Below, piece by piece: positions 38,480 through 48,076 of a DNA stretch of 53,555 nucleotides. The translations under genes and the position numbers were made by a program. The stretch lies in IMG/VR virus record IMGVR_UViG_3300010935_000132, positions 1 to 53,555 of that record. One strand, given 5' to 3'. The stretch comes from a virus (taxonomy: Duplodnaviria > Caudoviricetes). A model generated the notes under the pieces. The model was not told where the DNA came from. It searched no databases and saw only the letters and a list, made by a program, of their open reading frames with translations. Within the stretch, counting starts at the first letter, position 1; every line of letters begins with the position of its first letter.

Positions 38480-39144
38480 TTTATCGCCATCCATCCACAA
38501 AAATTATGATTTTGCCAAAATTGAAAACACTTGGAAAATCCACACTGTCTAATATAACCATTTTCACCAACCAAATCATCTAGGATGTTAGGTCGCATTA
38601 TCTCACGTAAAGAATACTCTTTGTCTAAAATATCACTGTCAGAAAAACTCTTCCGTTTGAAGTCATAATGTATTGATGAAATTATACTCTGTGTTCTAGC
38701 ATCATCAATGAAAACTTTCTCTGAAAATACGAATACACCACCAGGATTTAATCCATCATATATCTTGCGTACAAGATTTATTCTATCTATAGTGTTCATA
38801 AATTGTAAAGTGAATATAGAACTAATAAATGATGCATGACTCCAATCATCATAAGCGCAGGCATCACCCTTATAGAAATCAACATTAAGTGAGTTATGAA
38901 GGTCTTTTGTGAAATTTTCTTCTATCTCTATACCAACATAACTCACATTAGTCTTACTATTACTATCTTTCAACCTATGAAGCATTTTTCCTGTTGAACA
39001 TCCAATATCAATAACCTTACTATGGTCTTCAATAAAGAATCTAGAAATATCACAAACATCATCAATTAATGATGAATAGCCGCGAATAGACTTGTCGATA
39101 TGACTATCAAAATTTTCCACTGTTGAAAACGAAAAATCACTCAT
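38476..39144 (-). CDS. cmoA: CmoA-like protein (carboxy-S-adenosylmethionine synthase family)
   Basis: FDSHIDKSIRGY, DIGCSTG, FTLQF, KIYDGLNPGG.F.FSEK, DFKR and WQNHNF align along the whole length with E. coli CmoA. Confidence 0.85.
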   Translation of the reverse strand: MSDFSFSTVENFDSHIDKSIRGYSSLIDDVCDISRFFIEDHSKVIDIGCSTGKMLHRLKDSNSKTNVSYVGIEIEENFTKDLHNSLNVDFYKGDACAYDDWSHASFISSIFTLQFMNTIDRINLVRKIYDGLNPGGVFVFSEKVFIDDARTQSIISSIHYDFKRKSFSDSDILDKEYSLREIMRPNILDDLVGENGYIRQCGFSKCFQFWQNHNFCGWMAIK

Positions 39145-40327
39145 TAATAGATAACTCCTTATAAGGCTTTATTATAGTATTATATAATTGTGTTGATATC
39201 GCCTTATACATTTTTGGTGCAACCATACGACCAATTCTCTCAGCTTGTTGGTTGAACTTTCCAGTTAGAACTAGGTCATCAGGTAACCCCTGAATCCTCT
39301 TCAACTCATCAATGGAAAATTTTCTATCTTCATCATAATGTACCGTACCTGCTACGCTAGTCTGTACACCTCTTTGTGTTAATGTTGGGCATGGTAGAAA
39401 TGGGCTACTTCTAGTTAGGTTAAAGTAAGAGCCTTTTGGATGAACATCAGCACCACTACCTATAGATATTTGATTTTTTGGTATGAGTGAAGTCCATCTT
39501 AGTAATTCACCAGTAACACCTAACATACTACGCTCTTCGTCTGTAACAACAATATCATCAATTGCATTACAAAGAGGAACAAATGTACTATTATTCCAAC
39601 CGATAGGAAATACCTCATTAGCTAATGAGAAATCATCAATATCTAAGACTTCAGCCACATCGTCACGAACACAAACAAAAATTAATCTTTCCCTTCTTTG
39701 AGGTGTTCCATAATGCTGAGCAAATAATGTCTTAGCAGTTACAATATAACCACAAGATTTCAAAGACATTATTATTTCGTTGAATTTCTTCTTAGACTTC
39801 CCAAGTAATAATCCTGGTACATTTTCAGCTATGATAATTTTAGGCTTTAGCCCTTCAGCAATACGAACATATTCAAAGAATAAGTCTTCAATGTTAGTTA
39901 CTGTTTTTCCATCAGAATACTTCTTTTCTTTACCCCAACCATCACTACCCTTCCCACATACAGAAAAGGCTGAACATGGTGGACTACCATCCAATATATC
40001 CAACTCGCCTACTTCCATACCAGAAGATTTTAGAAAGTCTTCTGGAGTGAAACTCTTTATATCACCATGTAATACTGTGGTGTCTTTAAAGTTTTCTAGG
40101 TAAGTGGCTACAGCCTCATCAACAAACTCATTAACTGTTCGTATATCACCACCACCTAGCTTATACCCAATAGAAGAACCACCACCACCAGCAAAGGTAG
40201 ATATAACGGTAAATAGCTTTCTATCTGCTGATGCATTAACATCAGATAGTGTATATGGCTCATAAGGCATAAAATTATACTTATGAGCCATATGTTCTAA
40301 GTTCTGTTCGTATGTTAAAGCACTCAT
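39137..40327 (-). CDS. C5 DNA cytosine methyltransferase family protein with a motif-X Arg (candidate carboxymethyltransferase)
   Basis: Motif I FAGGGG, IV GSPPCSAFS, VI ENV, VIII QRRER, IX R.QGLPD and X IGRMV. Confidence 0.93.
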   Translation of the reverse strand: MSALTYEQNLEHMAHKYNFMPYEPYTLSDVNASADRKLFTVISTFAGGGGSSIGYKLGGGDIRTVNEFVDEAVATYLENFKDTTVLHGDIKSFTPEDFLKSSGMEVGELDILDGSPPCSAFSVCGKGSDGWGKEKKYSDGKTVTNIEDLFFEYVRIAEGLKPKIIIAENVPGLLLGKSKKKFNEIIMSLKSCGYIVTAKTLFAQHYGTPQRRERLIFVCVRDDVAEVLDIDDFSLANEVFPIGWNNSTFVPLCNAIDDIVVTDEERSMLGVTGELLRWTSLIPKNQISIGSGADVHPKGSYFNLTRSSPFLPCPTLTQRGVQTSVAGTVHYDEDRKFSIDELKRIQGLPDDLVLTGKFNQQAERIGRMVAPKMYKAISTQLYNTIIKPYKELSINE

Positions 40328-40863
40328 GGTTTAATACCACCCAAATCAACAAACTCTACAATGTAGCCATGTTCTGAGGTGAACATGTTTTCAGACCCAC
40401 GAATAATAGGCAAAAACTTATTGATATAAGCCACAGTTTCACTATTAATACTAACATCACCTTTAAATTCATCGTGGAAGACAGTTAAATGGACGCAAGA
40501 ACACTCTTTAATGAACTCATCATACATTGTGCCGCCACCAATAAGAAAAACCTTGCTACGTGGCTCTACGTGCTCCTTAAGAGCATCTATTGATGTGATG
40601 ATGTGGTTATTATCGCCTACCATACCTTTAACGTTGTCAACATGCCGTGTAAGCACGATATTTTTACGGTTTGGTAGTGGTCTATATTGAGGTGGTAATG
40701 AATCCCATGTAGCGCGACCCATCAAAACGGTATGACCTTCTGTAAGGTTTTTAAATCGTTTCATATCTGCAGGTTCATGCTTCCATGGTAAGGCACTACC
40801 GTTTCCGATAGTGTGGCTTAAATCCATAGCTAGAATTGCTCTGAAATCATACTCGGAAAACAT
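40324..40863 (-). CDS. frd: dihydrofolate reductase
   Basis: IGNGSALPW, MGRATWDSLP..RPLPNRKN and LIGGG. Confidence 0.95.
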   Translation of the reverse strand: MFSEYDFRAILAMDLSHTIGNGSALPWKHEPADMKRFKNLTEGHTVLMGRATWDSLPPQYRPLPNRKNIVLTRHVDNVKGMVGDNNHIITSIDALKEHVEPRSKVFLIGGGTMYDEFIKECSCVHLTVFHDEFKGDVSINSETVAYINKFLPIIRGSENMFTSEHGYIVEFVDLGGIKP

Positions 40864-41393
40864 TATAGTTTACCCGTAGAGCCAAATCCACCAGTACGAT
40901 TTCCATCATTGGTTGGTGCTTCATCAATGAATCCAATAGGTGAACGTTTAACAGTAACCAATTCACCTTGACAGATTCGTTCACCATCTTTGATGACAAT
41001 ACTAGACTCAGAAATATTCACCAACATAACAAATGTTTCTGCTACATAATCTGAATCAATCACACCTTCACCATTTGCCAACATCAAGCCTTGCTTAAGT
41101 GCAATACCCGAACGCATATGCAGGCGTAAAGATTGACCTTCAGGAACATCAAAAATGATACCTGTAGGAACAAGAACGCGCTGCTTTGGTGAGATAATAA
41201 TAGACTTGCTTTTATCACTATCAACTCGAACAGAATTAGACTCTTTTCTGTTATATCCACTATAAGCTAAAACAGAATCCTTGTGTTCTAGGCATGCTCT
41301 AATATCAAAGCATGCGGCTTCATCAGTTGCATAATTAGGCAATTCAACTGATTCGTGTAGTGGGTGTACACCCAAACCTTGGTTCATATTCAT
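40863..41393 (-). CDS. dut: trimeric dUTPase
   Basis: AACFDI, RSG, GVIDSDY, RICQ and RTGGFGSTG; start inferred. Confidence 0.95.
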   Translation of the reverse strand: MNMNQGLGVHPLHESVELPNYATDEAACFDIRACLEHKDSVLAYSGYNRKESNSVRVDSDKSKSIIISPKQRVLVPTGIIFDVPEGQSLRLHMRSGIALKQGLMLANGEGVIDSDYVAETFVMLVNISESSIVIKDGERICQGELVTVKRSPIGFIDEAPTNDGNRTGGFGSTGKL

Positions 41394-41398
41394 TATTA

Positions 41399-41800
41399 TT
41401 ATACCTTTACTTTCGGAAATAGCTGCCAATCTTGCTTCAAGGCATACTTTAATACAAATACACGCGGGCGGTTTACATGGTCAAACGGAATAGGGTCTAC
41501 AGCTTCTAGTAGATTCCAAGTCTGAAGCATGTCAATAATACAATTACGACGTTCTTCATCTTCGATACCAAAATCAGACTCTTTACCTTCCATCAAGAAT
41601 ATTTCTTTGAAATGCACCACATAATACAGACCATTTTCTTCGATGATGTGGCAAGACTGCCAAAGCTTATGCTCTTTTACATTAACGACACCCATACGTG
41701 TTAGTGTTTCTTGGACTCGGCGGTAGAAATCAGGATTTTTAAGTTTTACCTGAATGCGTTTTTCTTCTGTCCATTCTTCAACTCTATTATCTTCGCTCAT
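41399..41800 (-). CDS. regA: translational repressor RegA
   Basis: PDF..VQETLTRMG...LWQSCHI...YYVVHFKE. Confidence 0.95.
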   Translation of the reverse strand: MSEDNRVEEWTEEKRIQVKLKNPDFYRRVQETLTRMGVVNVKEHKLWQSCHIIEENGLYYVVHFKEIFLMEGKESDFGIEDEERRNCIIDMLQTWNLLEAVDPIPFDHVNRPRVFVLKYALKQDWQLFPKVKV

Positions 41801-41852
41801 TTTAACTTACTTCCTTGTAATTATTTACTTCATTTTCTCTATGATATCAACA

Positions 41853-42251
41853 TTATTCTATAATGCAATAACTAATAATATCACTATTAACGTCAAACTT
41901 TAGTGCTATTATTTTGAACTCGTTGTTTTCGCGTGCAAGCATGTATCCAATTGAAAATATATTAGCTATAACTCCATGGTAATATAAAAACTCAAATGGA
42001 ACACGTGCACGCTTCATAACAACTTGAGTACATATATCAGAAATATCAAATGTTGCATTCTTATAATCAATATCTTTTTCGTACCTAACAGGAAGTGGAA
42101 TCGGTCTTTTAAAGTAATGCATAAATACAGGACTAGGTGCTTCTATAACCTCACACCCTAATATCGCACCAATCTCTTCATAGGTTGGTGGTCTAAACAG
42201 ACCACGCCCAATTCCAATGTTTGGTGGATGATAATAATAATCATCACTCAT
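41853..42251 (-). CDS. hypothetical protein inserted between gene 62 and regA
   Basis: ATGA overlap with gene 62. Confidence 0.6.
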   Translation of the reverse strand: MSDDYYYHPPNIGIGRGLFRPPTYEEIGAILGCEVIEAPSPVFMHYFKRPIPLPVRYEKDIDYKNATFDISDICTQVVMKRARVPFEFLYYHGVIANIFSIGYMLARENNEFKIIALKFDVNSDIISYCIIE

Positions 42252-42703
42252 TTTGTTCTTCCACCTATATCACAATCTGCTCTGATGTCAATCATATCAT
42301 CATCATCTAACAATGCAACATATTGTTCTGCTACACGCTCATTAACCTGATAATATTCCATCATTAGTAGTACATCTTCTTCTTTCTTATTAGCCTTAGC
42401 CCAAGGATTGAATTGTTTACCTTTTCTTACGCCATGAATATAGAAATCATACACCATTTGTTTAGATGTATTTGGAAATCTGTTCATTTCATTGGCATAG
42501 AAAATCGTACCCATACCCATAGAAAAGAACTTGTTGATAATGTATGATGAAAAATCCTTGTGGGCTTCATCATCCATTCTTAATATGTTCTTTTTGTCTA
42601 TGGTCAAATCAGGGATGAAGTCACCAAATAGAGTAAGCTTCTTGCGCTTATAATCCTCTTCAGGCTCTAGTTCGGTGACTTCTTCACCAAAGACATTCAT
42701 CAC
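42248..42703 (-). CDS. 62: clamp loader small subunit
   Basis: YIINK.FS...YANEMN...YDFY...RK.KQFNPWAK; synteny. Confidence 0.92.
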   Translation of the reverse strand: MMNVFGEEVTELEPEEDYKRKKLTLFGDFIPDLTIDKKNILRMDDEAHKDFSSYIINKFFSMGMGTIFYANEMNRFPNTSKQMVYDFYIHGVRKGKQFNPWAKANKKEEDVLLMMEYYQVNERVAEQYVALLDDDDMIDIRADCDIGGRTK

Positions 42704-43653
42704 TTAAATGAACACTCTGACATCAACTCAGTGAGCATTGCCATGGTGTTTATTGACTGATTTGATACTACCGCTGACTTGGCTTGATACTCAGCTAGAA
42801 TCAAAACAGATTGAGGTACAGATTGTGGTGAAAGTACATGATACAGGCTATCATACAATTGTTCGAAAATAACTGCAGGGTCACACGATTCATTATCCTC
42901 TACCCACTTACGCAACTCCTTAAAATTCTTACCCTTGATAAGAATAATAGCACTATCAATATTAACGCTTGATAATGATGTTAAGATTCCTGCATTGATG
43001 CTACCTTGTTTTGAATAACGTTGTAACTCACCAAGAGTACGACGAAAATCAGGAAAGAAGGTCTTAACCAATTCAGCAACTACTTTCTGTTCAAATTCTA
43101 CATCATTATCTTTAAGGATAATACATATACGTCTGAACATAGCAGCTTGAAGCTTAGGTGTTTCTTTATTACTATAATTAAAGTCAACAACAGCACATCG
43201 TGAATGCAATGGCTTGATGATACGATTCTTCATATTACAGGTCAAGATAAATCTACAATTGCTTGAAAATTGTTCCATGAAACCACGTAATGATGACTGA
43301 GCATTTGGTGTTAAGTAATCAGCTTCATCTAGGATGATAACTTTCTTCAAGTCAGAACCTGACATAGACACCGATGATGCATACTGAGCAATCTTAGTAC
43401 GAATAATATCAATACCATTTTCTAGCGATGCATTGATTAGGATATAATCACACCCAATTTCATTACATAAGGCTTTAGCAATTGTGGTCTTTCCTGTACC
43501 TTGAGTACCTGCCAATAGTAGATGAGGTATTTCAGCCTCATCTACATATTGTTGCATGACAGATTTAATAGATTCAGGAAGGACACAATCTTTAATTTTT
43601 TGTGGACGATAACGTTCAACCCACAGATTATTTACAATTTTACCTTCCGACAT
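42700..43653 (-). CDS. 44: clamp loader large subunit
   Basis: LWVERYRP, GTGKTT, ILDEADYL, HSRC and FPDFRR. Confidence 0.97.
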   Translation of the reverse strand: MSEGKIVNNLWVERYRPQKIKDCVLPESIKSVMQQYVDEAEIPHLLLAGTQGTGKTTIAKALCNEIGCDYILINASLENGIDIIRTKIAQYASSVSMSGSDLKKVIILDEADYLTPNAQSSLRGFMEQFSSNCRFILTCNMKNRIIKPLHSRCAVVDFNYSNKETPKLQAAMFRRICIILKDNDVEFEQKVVAELVKTFFPDFRRTLGELQRYSKQGSINAGILTSLSSVNIDSAIILIKGKNFKELRKWVEDNESCDPAVIFEQLYDSLYHVLSPQSVPQSVLILAEYQAKSAVVSNQSINTMAMLTELMSECSFK

Positions 43654-43659
43654 AATACC

Positions 43660-44325
43660 TTACCCTTCCACAAAAGTTGAAGAGTGTTCGATAGCGATGT
43701 AGTATTCAACATCAGTACCAACAAAACGACCTGCAGGACTTTTAATAGATACTTCATAATCACCAGGAAGGACTTTAAGGTTTTCTGATTTGAAGACGAA
43801 GTTGATTTCATCGACTTCATTAGCGTGTTCACCAACCTGTATATCATAGGTATTTGTTGAATCAGATTGTGTATCAGATGCAACCAAAATCAAATCAGAA
43901 CCTTTACGTGATACAACCAAATCAGCCAAATCCATTACAGATGAAGCACGTTGAATCTTAGCCAAAACATCACCCTTAAGTGAAAATTCGACGTTAGAGC
44001 CATTGAACTTAGGACGCTTATCAGTGAACACAATAACGTTCTTAGGTGCATAGCTATAACGACATGATGTTGTAGCATCAGTGATGGTAAACTGTTTAGT
44101 ACCAAAGTTAATTTCAGGGTCATCGAACAAGGTTAGTGTATTAAGGAACTCACTCAAATCATAGATTCCTGCTTCCATAGGAAAGGATTCTTCAATTGTT
44201 GCAGTTGCAAAAATGTTACCACTATGTGATACTGTACGTTGTTCATTACCTTCACGAAACAGCATAGAGTTATTAATTTGCGAGAAATTCTTTAGAACCT
44301 CAAGCGTCTTTTTTGAAAGTTTCAT
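43660..44325 (-). CDS. 45: sliding clamp
   Basis: MKLSKKTLEVLKNFSQIN, IYDLSEFL and ENLKVLPGDYEV. Confidence 0.96.
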   Translation of the reverse strand: MKLSKKTLEVLKNFSQINNSMLFREGNEQRTVSHSGNIFATATIEESFPMEAGIYDLSEFLNTLTLFDDPEINFGTKQFTITDATTSCRYSYAPKNVIVFTDKRPKFNGSNVEFSLKGDVLAKIQRASSVMDLADLVVSRKGSDLILVASDTQSDSTNTYDIQVGEHANEVDEINFVFKSENLKVLPGDYEVSIKSPAGRFVGTDVEYYIAIEHSSTFVEG

Positions 44326-44597
44326 TGTTTATTGTTCTCCATTTTAATTTTCACCCAAATTCTCTCAGTTTTTGGAATGTCTTCTTCATCATCATACACA
44401 CAACCTGTAGGTTCTATTTCTGTAAATAGTTTACAATTTTCTGTACACTGGTTTGGCTTTGAACAAGCCCAATCAATACTCATTTCTTACTCCATTGCAA
44501 TATCGTTACTGGATGGTACTACCGACTCCAATCGTAGTGTAACACATTGCATATGCAATGTAACCTTCCTTATACGTATATAAGTTGCTTACCCTGT

Positions 44598-44635
44598 CAT
44601 GATACAGAAAGGTGCGCTAACCTTTCTGTATCATG
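44598..44635. repeat. perfect 15-bp hairpin
   Basis: catgatacagaaagg-tgcgctaa-cctttctgtatcatg. Confidence 0.8.
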
Positions 44636-44863
44636 GTGTTTCCTAAGCTAACCTACCAGTAACGATACTGCATTGTTAATATTTTTACACGAAGCCTAAA
44701 CTACCACCACATAGTGATGATACAACTTCATTTAAATCTGATGAATCCATAAAATATGATGAAGTAGAAACCTCATCCAAAAAGGATACATCATCTAGAA
44801 CTTCTTGACTTACGCCTAAGATATCTAATTCTTTTGTAGTTAATTGTGTAGCCATGATAATAT

Positions 44864-44920
44864 TCTCCGTTCAAGTTATTTCAATATGCGTATTATGACT
44901 ACACCAAAAACTAAAAGCAA
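44864..44920 (-). promoter_or_regulatory. early promoter plus GAACGGAGA leader
   Basis: TTGCTT(44920-44915)-N17-CATAAT; leader at 44872-44864 before a small ORF starting MATQLTT. Confidence 0.7.
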
Positions 44921-44923
44921 GCT

Positions 44924-45517
44924 TTATTTAAAGAGGTCTGAATCTTCACACACATTTATCAAAACTTTCTCTTTCTTTTCAGTAACTTGCGGTAATACTG
45001 TCTCATCCAACCCACGTAGGAAGTCGACATAGTTGTTGCTAAAATTAACATCTGCATCATGTGTCTGTTGAGTTATTGAGTCAATATCACACATACCTGA
45101 TGTTTGTAGGTACTTAGCCTTGATGTTAATCTCATTCTGCTCAATCTTAATTCTCTTTAGAAAGGCTCGCTCTGATACGGTAGTAAAATAGGCAAATGGG
45201 TTATCATAGGTGAATCCATCATATCTATTTGCATAGAGCATACAGGTGTAAATAGCATCACCAATCATTTCATCTTTCCAAGTATATCTGTAAAATTTAT
45301 GACAAGATGCATAGCGGCGAACAATTTTTGTTATCATAGTTGCAATATCGTTTGGCAATTGTGGTTCAGGTTTACAATCAAAGCGTGCTGCCATTCGTGC
45401 ATAAGCCCACTTAACCATAGCTGCATGGAATGCTTTATTATTTACATAATTCGTATCGCCTTCTTTTTGTCTAACCCTTTTACGAATTGGTTCAACTTTT
45501 GTTATTTCATCTGTCAC
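44924..45517 (-). CDS. 55: late-transcription sigma factor
   Basis: NYVNNK, F.RYTWKDEMIGDA and NPFAYFT...AFLKRI..E. Confidence 0.95.
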   Translation of the reverse strand: MTDEITKVEPIRKRVRQKEGDTNYVNNKAFHAAMVKWAYARMAARFDCKPEPQLPNDIATMITKIVRRYASCHKFYRYTWKDEMIGDAIYTCMLYANRYDGFTYDNPFAYFTTVSERAFLKRIKIEQNEINIKAKYLQTSGMCDIDSITQQTHDADVNFSNNYVDFLRGLDETVLPQVTEKKEKVLINVCEDSDLFK

Positions 45518-45583
45518 GTATCCATCCTATAATATTTTTTTCTAGGATAACATTATAAAAACTAATAGCAAGCTTTATTATTA

Positions 45584-47080
45584 TCACAAGAGATTGACCT
45601 TCTTAATCTCATAATCAAATTGTTCCTTATCATAATGCTCACATCTTTCTATGAAATGCTTGATACCATAATTCTTGAACTTCTTGTATGACATATCATC
45701 GACGATATCATAAAGGATAACAGATAACTTAGTGCCATTCAAACGTAGACCACGACCAATAGATTGTAGCACACGAATCTTCGATTTGGTTGATGAACAA
45801 AACATCACGCTATGTAGATTCTTCAGTGAGAATCCTGTTGAAATTGTAGCGTATGTGCCAAGCAATATAGCATTAGTATGTGTTTCCATTAGCTGACGTA
45901 TTCTTTCGCGTTCAGCACCCTTCACACTACCCTTAATTTGATATACAGGTCTATCAGGGTCATCAGATTCTGCTACAAGAGCTTGTATACGTGCTAATAG
46001 GTCATCACCCTGTATATGACGGTCATACAATAGCAGGGTGTTTTTCTTTTGTGCTACAGCCATCTTAGCTATAAATTCTTGTCTATCGGGGTTTGTTATT
46101 AACCAATCAACTTCATCCTGATATTTCAATCCTCTACACGCACGCGAATATTCCTCACTATACATCAACTGTATAGCTTTAATTTTAAGTTGGGCTACTG
46201 AACCTCTATCCATAAGGTCTTTAGTTGATATAATCTTACTCACATCACCAAACAACCCTATAAGCTGCATTTCAGACGCTTTAGCATCTTCTAATGTACC
46301 TGTTAAGCCTATTCGATATGGACAAACCAATAGCTTGTTCATGATGGATGAAATACTTGCTGCTGTGGCTAGATGAGTTTCATCACATAATACAGCACCG
46401 AATTGCTTCCAATATGCCATTGGCATTTTATAGATACTTTGCCATGTTGAAATGTAGATATCTCTATCAGCATTCTTTGCTTTACCACTCATGATTAAAT
46501 GACAATGTGATTCAGCATCCCATTCATCATGTGAACTATAATCTTGGAAATCACCTGCAAGTTGATGTACCAGACCAACGTTAGGTACAATAATTAGGGT
46601 CTTTTTATTCGTGATGTGTTTAAGCATTCTACATATAAGGTATATCATCAAACTCTTACCGCTTGATGTTGGACTTAGGAGAAGCCTACGCTTGTTTTTG
46701 ATAGCAGCATACACAGCAAACATTTGGTAGTCGTGTGGCTCAATCTTAGTGCCTTTAGAGCGTATATCTAAATTGTTTATGAAGTATTTAATTTGCTTAG
46801 GGGATACAGGATTTACTGCGTGATACACATTAGAAATATCAACAGTATAGTCTTCAAATTTAGCGAACTTCTTTAGTTCATTTAGTAAACCAACAGGAAG
46901 AGTCCTGTCATTATGGTTGAATAATCTAATCCTACCATCCCAAAATCCGTTGCGGTATTTTGGCATGAATTGATATCCAGGAACAAGGTAAGAAAACCTT
47001 TCTGAGATTTCTCTAGTAATACCTTTGTCGCAATTTACTAATAAATTCACATCGTCTAATTGTTTAACTACTATATCCAT
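45584..47080 (-). CDS. uvsW: SF2 RNA-DNA/DNA helicase
   Basis: WDGRIRL, SPTSSGKS, DETH, GLTGT, QSIGRGLR and LYDIVDD. Confidence 0.96.
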   Translation of the reverse strand: MDIVVKQLDDVNLLVNCDKGITREISERFSYLVPGYQFMPKYRNGFWDGRIRLFNHNDRTLPVGLLNELKKFAKFEDYTVDISNVYHAVNPVSPKQIKYFINNLDIRSKGTKIEPHDYQMFAVYAAIKNKRRLLLSPTSSGKSLMIYLICRMLKHITNKKTLIIVPNVGLVHQLAGDFQDYSSHDEWDAESHCHLIMSGKAKNADRDIYISTWQSIYKMPMAYWKQFGAVLCDETHLATAASISSIMNKLLVCPYRIGLTGTLEDAKASEMQLIGLFGDVSKIISTKDLMDRGSVAQLKIKAIQLMYSEEYSRACRGLKYQDEVDWLITNPDRQEFIAKMAVAQKKNTLLLYDRHIQGDDLLARIQALVAESDDPDRPVYQIKGSVKGAERERIRQLMETHTNAILLGTYATISTGFSLKNLHSVMFCSSTKSKIRVLQSIGRGLRLNGTKLSVILYDIVDDMSYKKFKNYGIKHFIERCEHYDKEQFDYEIKKVNLL

Positions 47081-47117
47081 TATGTTGTGCTAGCAGAACC
47101 AAACTTTATATCAAGCT

Positions 47118-47573
47118 TTATTTATTATGAGTAAGCTGAACACACTCAAGAGTCAATTGTGCTACCTGAACTTCAGATGCCTCTTGACCATTTGAGAAGG
47201 ATAATTCGCTTAGGAACGTAGGAAAACACCCTTCCATCACAAAGTCAAATAGGCGTATAGAATTATTATTGAATATCACCATAGTTGCATCAGCCACACT
47301 ATCAGCATATGTGACGCTATTAGTGTTCTTGCATGACAACATCCAATCGAATATCTCAAGATAGTTACCAAGGTCTTCATCCACTAAAAATGAAAGCTGA
47401 ATAGGGTCAGTCATGATACTATCACCAGGTCGTTTAATCTGTTTGAATGGTGATGGTTGGTTAGATTCACCTAATTGCGTAGCAGGCAATACAATATCAG
47501 TAATCGTACCTTCTGTTAATGGCATCTTAGAACAAGTGAATCCAAAGTTACGTTTTAGGGTTGTAGAAGTCAT
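47118..47573 (-). CDS. 3: tail tube terminator / sheath stabilizer
   Basis: PGD...FLVDEDLGNYLEIFDWM...DATM...CFPT.LS; TATAAATA at 47586-47579. Confidence 0.85.
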   Translation of the reverse strand: MTSTTLKRNFGFTCSKMPLTEGTITDIVLPATQLGESNQPSPFKQIKRPGDSIMTDPIQLSFLVDEDLGNYLEIFDWMLSCKNTNSVTYADSVADATMVIFNNNSIRLFDFVMEGCFPTFLSELSFSNGQEASEVQVAQLTLECVQLTHNK

Positions 47574-47667
47574 ATCACTATTTATACCATTACATATATC
47601 TTACTTGGTGATACAATGTTATTATTTTAGGTGTTCGCAATACATGTCAATGAGTATGCGTAATTGA

Positions 47668-47736
47668 TATGTAGAAATAACTATGTAGAAATAACTATGT
47701 AGAAATAACTATGTAGAAATAACTATGTAGAAATAA
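47668..47736 (+). repeat. 14-bp tandem repeat (iteron-like)
   Basis: TATGTAGAAATAAC four times perfectly, plus a 13/14 fifth copy. Confidence 0.95.
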
Positions 47737-47747
47737 TTGCCCAACCT

Positions 47748-47906
47748 GTCACAAAGCGCGAAGCGCGTGTGACTTGGTTCGTAAGCGCGAAGCGCGTCTA
47801 CTTCAAGACCAATCGACATGTGTTCAAATGTGTTTAATATTTAAGCAACATACCATACATATTTATTAGGTGGCTTCGCCACTAGAATCGAACGCGCTTC
47901 GCGCTT
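47748..47906. repeat. cluster of GCGAAGC mini-hairpins
   Basis: AAGCGCGAAGCGCGT at 47754 and 47783 (+), its reverse complement at 47892, and GTGGCGAAGCCAC at 47882-47870 (-). Confidence 0.9.
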
Positions 47907-48076
47907 ATCAATTACTACTTACTATAACTATTAAAACAATTTACAAACAAGGCTTAGTAAGTTATTGAAGGGTACTATATGTAATTGTAAACTAAACGAT
48001 ATATTGAACCTGAATTTTAGGCACAAAAATATACCGTCAAAGACAGTACCAGTAATTTAAAGATGTGCAGAACCTT

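Noticed and set aside
38476-39144. tRNA cmo5U modification as the role of the CmoA-like gene
   Set aside because: No cmoB is present in the window, and the gene is coupled to a DNA methyltransferase with the motif-X Arg. Supplying host CmoB cannot be fully excluded.
47668-47736. Possible CRISPR array
   Set aside because: The repeats are 14 bp and directly adjacent, with no spacers and no cas genes.
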